DNA of 37,014 nucleotides from the NCBI GenBank assembly GCA_008369845.1, contig MRSU01002028.1:1-37014 (forward strand). Direction: 5' to 3'. The notes below the pieces were generated by a model that worked only from the letters and a program-made list of their open reading frames with translations, was not told the origin of the DNA and searched no databases. How positions within the stretch are numbered: position 1 is the stretch's first letter; every line of letters begins with the position of its first letter. Origin of the DNA: Trichomonas gallinae. Taxonomy: Eukaryota. The position numbers and the translations under genes are program-made. Shown in pieces: positions 29,713-37,014 of the stretch.

Positions 29713-31473
29713 ATGTTTCTTTGCTTACTCTCCGCTTGTTACAGCGATATTCGAAGAGAGATAAATGAAAAGAGCATGGTGAAAGCTGCCGCGCAGGGTG
29801 GTTTGAAGCCTGGTTTCTATGGAATCAACTCTGGCAGATATAATAAATTGCTTTCTGAGAAGAATAGCGTGGTTGAATTGAAGGATGACTACATTCCTCC
29901 GGGCCTTGAAGAGGTTCTTGCTGAAAAATTCACCAAATCAGATGGATGGAACACAGAAGGTGAAGGAATTTGGACTCAGAATATCGGTGCTACTGTTTCT
30001 TACACGTTTACAGGCACAAAGGCCTATGTTGTCGGCATTATTGACAACAAGCATGGATCATTAGCAGTATATATCGATGATGTCAAGGTCGGCACATTCA
30101 GTGCTGCTGGCCCAGAGAGACTTCTTAGGAAATTACTCTATTCTAGTCCAGATTTATCATATGGCGAGCATACAATCAAGCTCGAATTGATATCTGTTGC
30201 TTGCGCTCTTCATGCTTTCTACATTTTGAATAACCAGGGTGTTGGCATGTACGAAATCGCTAAGCCATCCTATGATGTTGTTCGTGGTGACACTTTCCTT
30301 CTGGCAATCTCTCGTGTTGGCTCAGATTACACAGAATCTTCAGTCAATCTCAAGACAGTTGCTGGAACAGCTAAAGCTGGCACTGATTATGTTGAGTATT
30401 CTTCAACAATTAAATTCAAGGCCAACGAGATTATCAAATATATCAAGATCAAGACAATCGCTAACTCAAAGACTGAAAACCTTACATTCACAGCTCAGAT
30501 TTCGTCGCCAACATCTGGTGCCTTAATTGGATTTACAAATACAACACAAATTTTGATCCTCAATGGTCAGATTCCATCTAAGGGACTTGTTGAGATTCCA
30601 CCTAAGTCATTGGTTTATGATGGTGACTGGACAATTAATCCAACATCTGCTCAAACAAAGGAACTCGGCGCTGCTGTCAACGCAAAGTTCGCTGGAACAA
30701 GAGTCTACGTATTTGGTAACAAAGGAGCCAACTTTGGAAAGATGGAAGTTTTTGTTGATCACGTTAAAGCTGCTACAATTGATTGCAATGGTAAGGAAGA
30801 GCAGGATGTTCTTCTCTTCACATCTGAGCCGCTTGCTATGGAGATTGATCACTCAGTTAGAGCATCATTAATCTCTGGCAAGATCGCAATCACAAAGATT
30901 GTCTATTTGAACAACTTAGGCACAGGACTTGTTGAATTCAAGACAAAAGAGGCAACAGTTGAGAATGGCCAAGCTTTAGATGTCGAAATCAACAGAATCG
31001 GTGGAATCATCGGAAAGTTCACGGTTTTTGTCGAAACTGTTGACGGAACAGCTAAGTCTGGTGCCGATTATAAGCCATACTCTGGAACTCTTCAGTTCGA
31101 AGAAGGCGAAACATCGAAGAAGATTTCAATCCAGACAATCAAAGTCGAAAGAGCAGAAAACACAGACTTTTCCATCAAACTCTCTAATCCAACTGATGAT
31201 GCCGTCGTCGGATACATCAGCCGACTCGCAATCACAATCAATCATCAAAAAACACCAACACGCTCACCAGAACCTGTTCCACCTTCGCCAACACAAGGCC
31301 CAGATGACCAGAATGGTGGTAACACCGTGATCGTTGTCTCTGTCGTCTCAGTCATTGTCATCCTCATCGTCGTTATTGTCGTCGTCGTCATTTTGATGCG
31401 CCGCGGGAAACCACAGGATTCAGTCATCAGCCAGCCAATGCTTAACTCCAATCAGAACTACACTGGTGCATGA
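29713..31473 (+). CDS. Type I surface protein with two tandem [beta-sandwich + Calx-beta] modules
   Basis: Short signal MFLCLLSACYS. Calx-beta motifs TVAGTAKAGTDYVEYSSTIKF and TVDGTAKSGADYKPYSGTLQFEEGETSKKISI. Pro/Thr linker, Val/Ile-rich TM followed by RRGK, short tail ending NQNYTGA. Inr TCATT at 29683. Confidence 0.88.
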   Translation: MFLCLLSACYSDIRREINEKSMVKAAAQGGLKPGFYGINSGRYNKLLSEKNSVVELKDDYIPPGLEEVLAEKFTKSDGWNTEGEGIWTQNIGATVSYTFTGTKAYVVGIIDNKHGSLAVYIDDVKVGTFSAAGPERLLRKLLYSSPDLSYGEHTIKLELISVACALHAFYILNNQGVGMYEIAKPSYDVVRGDTFLLAISRVGSDYTESSVNLKTVAGTAKAGTDYVEYSSTIKFKANEIIKYIKIKTIANSKTENLTFTAQISSPTSGALIGFTNTTQILILNGQIPSKGLVEIPPKSLVYDGDWTINPTSAQTKELGAAVNAKFAGTRVYVFGNKGANFGKMEVFVDHVKAATIDCNGKEEQDVLLFTSEPLAMEIDHSVRASLISGKIAITKIVYLNNLGTGLVEFKTKEATVENGQALDVEINRIGGIIGKFTVFVETVDGTAKSGADYKPYSGTLQFEEGETSKKISIQTIKVERAENTDFSIKLSNPTDDAVVGYISRLAITINHQKTPTRSPEPVPPSPTQGPDDQNGGNTVIVVSVVSVIVILIVVIVVVVILMRRGKPQDSVISQPMLNSNQNYTGA

Positions 31474-31580
31474 TCCAAAATAGTACTTTAACTTTCAATT
31501 TAAATAAAAAATCTTTTATCTAGAAATTTATAATTATAATTAAAATAATGATGTCACCTAATAAGTTAGGGAGATCCTGA

Positions 31581-31830
31581 TGTAAAAATATTTTTGAGCA
31601 AAAATTATAAAATTTCAAAAATAAATCATTGAAAGGTAGAAATATAAATTTTTATTCAATATATAATTAATCATTATATTATTTTTGAAATGTAAAGATA
31701 TTTTTTATCAAAAATTATAAAATCAAAGAAATAGCAGATTGATAGATAGAACTATAAAGTTTCACTCAATATACAATTAATTATTAAACTATTTTTGAAA
31801 TACGAAGATAATTTTTTATCAAAAAAATAT
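31581..31830. repeat. Degenerate 110-bp tandem repeat (2 full copies plus a partial third)
   Basis: 31581-31690 and 31691-31800 align without gaps at 89/110 identities (manual count) and both end ATTTTTGAAA. A third copy starts at 31801 (TACGAAGATAATTTTTTATCAAAAA). Confidence 0.85.
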
Positions 31831-31962
31831 AATATTAAAATAAAGAACAATATGATAATAAACAGCCAGTAAACAGCATAAATATAGCGAATATATAGTC
31901 AAAAATGCTCAAAATGGCTCACAGGGCTAGAAAAAAAGCAGTGTGTCTCTAAAAATCTTGTA

Positions 31963-31970
31963 AAAGTGAC
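31963..31970 (+). promoter_or_regulatory. M2-like motif AAAGTGAC upstream of NSA2
   Basis: AAAGTGAC ends 7 nt before the ATG at 31978. Related AAAGTGA words precede the starts at 14203, 17865 and 20366. Confidence 0.45.
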
Positions 31971-31977
31971 AAAATCC

Positions 31978-32760
31978 ATGCCGCAACAAGAGTTCATGGA
32001 GCTTCACCGGAAGCGCTTTGGCAAGCGCCTGGATGAAGAGGAGAGAGAGCGCAAGAAGGAGGCAAAGGAGGGTGTCCGTATTTCCGTTTTGTCACGAACA
32101 CTTCGCGGCATCAAGGCTAAAATCTTCCATAAAGACAGATATAAACAGAAAGCAGAGATGAAGAAGACAATCAACACATTCGAGAAATCTAAAGTCGCAG
32201 ACACAAAGAAGAAAGCAATTGGAGACGAGCCACTTCCAGTTTATCTTATGGATCAAAATGTTACAAGAACAGCAGATGTGCTTAGCAACTCCCTCAAACA
32301 GAAGAGGAAGGAGCGTGCAGGCAAGTGGGATGTGCCTCTTCCTCAAGTTCGACCAATCGCTGAAGATGAAATGCTTCGTGTGCTCAAGACTGGTAAGACA
32401 GGACGCAAGAAATGGAAACGTCTTGTCAACAAGGTCTGTTATGTCGGCGAAGACTTCACTCGTAAGCCACCTAAACTTGAAAGATATGTTAGACCTGTCG
32501 GTTTGCGTTTCAAGCAGGCTAACGTTACTCACCCACAGCTCGGACAGACATTCCTTTGCCCAATCATCGGCGTTAAGAAGAATCCGAATGGTTCAACATA
32601 TACTGGCCTCGGAGTCATTACAAAGGGTACAATCATAGAAGTTAACGTATCTAAAATGGGTCTTGTTACTCCAACTGGTAGAATTGTTTGGGCTAAATAC
32701 GCACAAGTTACGAATGCTCCAGAAAATGAAGGCTGCATCAACTCCGTCCTCCTCATATAG
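31978..32760 (+). CDS. NSA2: Ribosome biogenesis protein NSA2 (S8e-like)
   Basis: MPQQEFMELHRKRFGKRLD, RKERAGKWDVPLP, WKRLVNKVCYVGEDFTRKPPKLERYVRP.GLRF, LGVITKGTIIEVNVS.MGLVT..G.IVWAKYAQVTN.PENEGCINSVLL. Confidence 0.97.
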   Translation: MPQQEFMELHRKRFGKRLDEEERERKKEAKEGVRISVLSRTLRGIKAKIFHKDRYKQKAEMKKTINTFEKSKVADTKKKAIGDEPLPVYLMDQNVTRTADVLSNSLKQKRKERAGKWDVPLPQVRPIAEDEMLRVLKTGKTGRKKWKRLVNKVCYVGEDFTRKPPKLERYVRPVGLRFKQANVTHPQLGQTFLCPIIGVKKNPNGSTYTGLGVITKGTIIEVNVSKMGLVTPTGRIVWAKYAQVTNAPENEGCINSVLLI

Positions 32761-32902
32761 AAAATAGAGTTATATATTATAAAGTTTCTTGCAATTTTTA
32801 TAAAATTTATTTGGTAACTGATTTATTCGATTATTTTTTTTTTAACCACATATCTAAAAATCATTAATCTTCCTGGATTATCATAATTTGTTCATTTTTT
32901 TC

Positions 32903-35900
32903 ATGTTGTCGGAGAAATTATCATCGATTGTCTCCGACGAAATCCACAGATTGCAAACAGAGCTTCGCCAGATATCGCAGAAGATGTTTGTAAAAGGACT
33001 GCAGGACGATTTAACGAGGCTTCGCTTTGATATTTGGAATGGAAATGCAAATTCATCAGCAGTTTTATCGCCATTCAAAGAAATCATCAATCAGTCGAAT
33101 TCAACAGATGTAATGACTCTCGTTGCTGTGTCTTCTATTCTAATTTTCCTCGAAGCAAATTTATTCCAAATTGAAGAAGATTTTTCGTCGCTAATAAGCT
33201 GCTTGTGCAATTGCCAATATCAAATTACTTCGGAAATAGAAGCTTTAAACCTTTCTGTTCAGATTTTACGCTGTTTTCAATTCATTATCAACGAAAATAA
33301 TTTAAAATTCGTCACAATAGAATCCATACAATCGATGTTTCATTATTGTGAGCAGGATATCAGACAGATTTCTCAGAGAAACGTGCATTCTTCGTTGCTC
33401 AGTGATTTATTTACGCAAATAGCGTTCATTATTAGCGATAAAGAACAATACAGCGAAATACGAGATAATACATTTAATGCTTTATTCTCAATTGCTGATT
33501 TTTCATATCTCGATTCTGGATCTTACGCGCGAGGTGCTGCTTTAAGGGCATTGTTACGCTGCTCTAAATCTGAGTATGCAAAAAATTCAACAGATTTGGT
33601 TTGCATATCATCTGTTTTACTTACACAGCAATTAGATTTTTCAGATAGCAGAGACAACCTTGTAATAGCACTACGCATATTTTTCAATATATTTAAAAAC
33701 CGATGGCGAACTATTTTAGTTCCATTCGCTCGATTATTAAATTCATTGTTAGATATCTGTCTTTCTGCTGCTCCTAATGGGATAAGATGCACAATATTTG
33801 AAATATTGATAGATTTCATCACTCAAGACACATTTTTCATCGATCTTTTCCAAGAATTTTCAAACAGGCCGTTTTTCCCTCTTTTATTCGATAAATACTT
33901 GAATGTTATCGCATCTTTCGCCAACACTCCACCTTCAGTTCCAGAAGCACAATCGTCAGCAATTAGCGTTTTATCTTTGATAATTTCTCAATTAGGAAAA
34001 AAGAGCTCAAATGTTAATATCAATATGCAAATATTTGATGATAATTTGAACATTTTCAGTAATGAAGTAGATTTATTAGCGAAATTAACAGATTTTTCTA
34101 AAAATTTCTCGGATGATCCAAAATATGTTACATCTGGTTCTCTATCTGCTGCTGATGCTGCTTTTTGCCTTGCTGTTGCTCCAGGAATTTCGAAACAATC
34201 AATTGGCGAAATTTTCGCCAAAAATTCAAGTTTTACCAACGAAACATTGGAAGAATATTTGAAATTGTTTGATTTTACGCATCTCGATTTTGATGAATCC
34301 ATAAGATTGTTCTTGACATCTTTCAGGATCCTTGGTGAAGGGCAAGTCGTTGATAGGAACTTAGAAGCTTTTTCCAAGAGATTTTACGAGACTCACAAAG
34401 ACGACAAAACATTTAAAAATGCCGAAGCAGTCCACATCTTATCTTACGGCTGGCTAATGTTGCACACTTCTCTACACAACAAAAATGTCGCGAAGAAGAG
34501 CACTCTGCCGGAATTCTTCAGCATGCTGAAAGGCCAAAACGCAGGGGAAGATTTCGATTCTCAGTTTTTGACGAAAATATTTAACAGCATAAAGCGCTAT
34601 GAAGTCGAAATTGGCGACAACACGAACAAAAGCATTGCATCATGGGAGCTCCTGCTTCAGAAGCAAAGAATTCTAGGACTAAGTCAGCCTACGAATGGAG
34701 AAGTTCAGATTCCAAAATTGTTTTCACAAGTTTGGAAAATTTCTGCGCCAATATTTGCAGTTATTTACGAGAAATTGTCTGGAAACACTTCTGTTATTTC
34801 CAAATCATACATAGAATGCGCTTCAATTTCATCGAAATTTTCCATGCATGATATATTAGATAATTTGGTCGTCACTTTATGCAAATTTACTGGCTGCGAA
34901 AGCAAAATATCTTTGTCTGAAGAAATCTCGAAAGATTCATTGAAAACTCTGTCTTTTGTTGTTTTAGAGTTTGGCGATCAAATACATGAAGGTTGGAAGT
35001 CTTTCACTGAAGTTCTTCTGAACCTGTTCAGGTTCGGACTCCTCCCCCCTGAGATTTGCACTCAACCTGTTTTAGTTGGAAGGCCTCAAGCAATTGTGCT
35101 TGCTCCGAACTCTTTGTCTGTTAATTCTAAGCAATCTATGTCGTTCTTTTCTGTTTTCACGATACATATGAATGATGACAACAATGAAGTTGTTGATCCG
35201 ACAACTTGCGCAGCAGAGCTCAAGGCTTTCATCAAAGAATGTGGCTTTGAAAGATTCGTTGATCAAAGCATTCAGTTCACCCATCAAAGTTTGAACTTTT
35301 TAATACAAAGCTTGACACTTCTCGCTAAAGAGTCAATGTCAATGATCCAAGAGCATGCTGCTGATGCGGCATTCTGCTTGCATTTGATCACACAGATCTC
35401 CATTGCAAACTGTGAAAGAATTTTCCCTCTCTGGCAATTTTTGTCACAGTTGTTTACAACCGTTTTCAATGATGCTCAGCTTGGCCGCACAACTACGGCC
35501 TTCTTAGAGCGCGTGGTTACTTCATTGTTCTCCATGCTTAATCATCTTTGGAATCAAGTGAAGCTCAGACAAGAATTAATCAAATTAACAGATGTTGCAG
35601 TTTCATTAGATCAAAGAATACTACAAGGAATAATTCCGTCGCTTTTGAGTGGATTCAAAGAGTTTTTGTCACTTTATCTTCCAAGCTATATAGTCATGCA
35701 CCAGTTCAAGAGCTTAAATCAATTGTTATATAACTCTATCGGCATCCAGGATCCTTCTGCTGCTTCAATTCTGCACTCATTCCTTCAGGGAGTTGCTGCT
35801 GACAAAGAACCTCCAACACTCGAAAGATTTGCTGAGTATTGGATGCCTCTCCTCCAGACAAGCGTCATTTACTGTCTGAGGGATCCAGCGCCGGACGTTT

Positions 35901-36355
35901 TCTCGAGATTCAGTGACATTCAAAGTTTGATTAATTTTGGAGGAAACAAACCCACTCCGCTTCAATGGGAATTTGTATTTGAATCAACGCTTTTCCCAGC
36001 CTTGGAGCATCTTCCTACAGAGATCAGTGCCCAATGGAGGAGTAACATTGGAGAAAGAGCTCTTTTGTTGACGAAATCAACTTTCAAAGTTTTCCTTATT
36101 TCATACAAAGAGATGATTTCTTTGCCAAGCTTTGAAACGCTTTGGTTTAAGCTGGTGCAATACTCACTCAATATAATGAGAGTTGGTGATGCTGATCTAA
36201 AGGCGTCTATGCCTCAGCTTCTTTCCAACGCTTTGATTGTAATGAAATCTTCCGGGGTTTTCCAAGACGAATCGAGGAAGAAAATGTGGGATGATTCCCG
36301 TGCAATAGTTGAGCCAATCACGCCTTCATTTTCACAACTTTGCAATAATGTTTAA
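32903..36355 (+). CDS. Large Sec7-domain ARF guanine-nucleotide exchange factor (GBF1/Gea-like)
   Basis: Start MLSEKLS after an Inr TCATT (32892). Sec7 domain: FDFTHLDFDESIRLFLTSFRILGEGQVVDRNLEAFSKRFY with the glutamic finger retained, and AVHILSYGWLMLHTSLHNKNV. HDS-like segments follow (LDNLVVTLCKFT, FGDQIHEGWK, NCERIFPLW, LPSFETLW). Confidence 0.9.
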   Translation: MLSEKLSSIVSDEIHRLQTELRQISQKMFVKGLQDDLTRLRFDIWNGNANSSAVLSPFKEIINQSNSTDVMTLVAVSSILIFLEANLFQIEEDFSSLISCLCNCQYQITSEIEALNLSVQILRCFQFIINENNLKFVTIESIQSMFHYCEQDIRQISQRNVHSSLLSDLFTQIAFIISDKEQYSEIRDNTFNALFSIADFSYLDSGSYARGAALRALLRCSKSEYAKNSTDLVCISSVLLTQQLDFSDSRDNLVIALRIFFNIFKNRWRTILVPFARLLNSLLDICLSAAPNGIRCTIFEILIDFITQDTFFIDLFQEFSNRPFFPLLFDKYLNVIASFANTPPSVPEAQSSAISVLSLIISQLGKKSSNVNINMQIFDDNLNIFSNEVDLLAKLTDFSKNFSDDPKYVTSGSLSAADAAFCLAVAPGISKQSIGEIFAKNSSFTNETLEEYLKLFDFTHLDFDESIRLFLTSFRILGEGQVVDRNLEAFSKRFYETHKDDKTFKNAEAVHILSYGWLMLHTSLHNKNVAKKSTLPEFFSMLKGQNAGEDFDSQFLTKIFNSIKRYEVEIGDNTNKSIASWELLLQKQRILGLSQPTNGEVQIPKLFSQVWKISAPIFAVIYEKLSGNTSVISKSYIECASISSKFSMHDILDNLVVTLCKFTGCESKISLSEEISKDSLKTLSFVVLEFGDQIHEGWKSFTEVLLNLFRFGLLPPEICTQPVLVGRPQAIVLAPNSLSVNSKQSMSFFSVFTIHMNDDNNEVVDPTTCAAELKAFIKECGFERFVDQSIQFTHQSLNFLIQSLTLLAKESMSMIQEHAADAAFCLHLITQISIANCERIFPLWQFLSQLFTTVFNDAQLGRTTTAFLERVVTSLFSMLNHLWNQVKLRQELIKLTDVAVSLDQRILQGIIPSLLSGFKEFLSLYLPSYIVMHQFKSLNQLLYNSIGIQDPSAASILHSFLQGVAADKEPPTLERFAEYWMPLLQTSVIYCLRDPAPDVFSRFSDIQSLINFGGNKPTPLQWEFVFESTLFPALEHLPTEISAQWRSNIGERALLLTKSTFKVFLISYKEMISLPSFETLWFKLVQYSLNIMRVGDADLKASMPQLLSNALIVMKSSGVFQDESRKKMWDDSRAIVEPITPSFSQLCNNV

Positions 36356-36501
36356 TTTATAATAATATTGTTTTTTATGTAAAAGTATAATAATATCTTT
36401 CTACTACTTCTTATTTCAATTCAAATAATGAATAAATTTAAAATGATTTTTTAAATTTAAATGAAAAATTGGAATAAGAATTTACAGCATATCCGAACCC
36501 T

Positions 36502-37014
36502 TCATTGGTCTTCAGATTGTGCTGCAGGAACGCTATAGAGTGGATTTGTAAAAGTGCTTTCCAAATCAGATGATGTTTCATCTGAAACGAAGTCCAATTG
36601 CTCAACATCAAAAACGTTTTCTTTTGTTTTAAAAGCTTGCTCTTGAGTCTCAATATTGGTTTCTGAATTTTGATCTTCTTCTTTCTTCTTAAAGTAGAAG
36701 AAATATAAAACAACGGCAATAATAGCAATGATAACAATAGCAAGTAATGGCCAAAGGATGTATTTGCCAAATACAGAATCAAAGAATTTGATCTGTCCAC
36801 TAGTCTGGTTAGGTACTTTATCTGTGGTACCACTATTTGTTACATTCTCTTCAAATTTCTCAAGAAGTGTGCATCTGCTAGCAATTTCATCATAATTCAT
36901 AACTATATCTTTAGAAGCTACACCCTGACCTCCACGTGCATTGAAAATCAAGTTGCCATCACTTGGCTTTGAAACGTTATACGTGAATTTCTTGCAATGT
37001 GGCTGTTTGCTAGC
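36502..37014 (-). CDS. C-terminal part of a type I surface membrane protein with an acidic/NPxY cytosolic tail (runs off the right edge)
   Basis: The frame is open to the window edge (ASKQPHCKKFTYNVSKPSDGNLIFNARGG...). TM ILWPLLAIVIIAIIAVVLYFFYF followed by KKK; tail contains DETSSDLESTFTNPLYS. Confidence 0.85.
   Translation of the reverse strand, partial: ASKQPHCKKFTYNVSKPSDGNLIFNARGGQGVASKDIVMNYDEIASRCTLLEKFEENVTNSGTTDKVPNQTSGQIKFFDSVFGKYILWPLLAIVIIAIIAVVLYFFYFKKKEEDQNSETNIETQEQAFKTKENVFDVEQLDFVSDETSSDLESTFTNPLYSVPAAQSEDQ

Noticed and set aside
31548..31580. ATGATGT...CTGA with a CCTAA/TTAGG hairpin just before the tandem repeat
   Set aside because: Only about 33 nt between an imperfect C box and the D box, too short for a C/D snoRNA.
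1..37014. Prokaryotic systems (CRISPR, operons, IS elements) and Maverick/mariner-type transposons
   Set aside because: Gene content and promoter motifs are eukaryotic; no repeat-spacer array, transposase, integrase or long terminal inverted repeats were seen.

Overview
Gene-dense, AT-rich eukaryotic DNA with no recognisable introns, most likely from a parabasalid protist (Trichomonas or a close relative). This rests on the gene families present (PAS-containing transmembrane adenylyl cyclase, Pmp-like and Calx-beta surface proteins, ankyrin-repeat protein, TKL kinase), on TCAYT initiator and M2/M3/M5-type core promoter motifs just upstream of start codons, and on TAAA signals overlapping stop codons. 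There are 17 coding regions: RACK1 (partial, missed by the ORF track), a prenyltransferase-repeat type I membrane protein, an ankyrin protein, a Pmp-like protein, the cyclase, a GAF/PDE-like protein, a membrane-anchored P-loop protein, CGI121, two coiled-coil hypotheticals, a Gly-rich protein, a TKL kinase, DJ-1, a Calx-beta protein, NSA2, a Sec7 ARF-GEF and a partial NPxY-tail membrane protein. Main observations: (1) two long, intact membrane-protein genes have an in-frame ATT where the promoter context and signal peptide predict ATG, and a third gene also lacks a start codon; (2) the cyclase sits head-to-head with a GAF-PDE whose metal-binding residues are lost; (3) two genes look bacterial or phage in origin; (4) a 110-bp intergenic tandem repeat. 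No tRNA, rRNA, CRISPR array or recognisable transposon was seen. All family calls come from reading motifs by eye; no searches were run.
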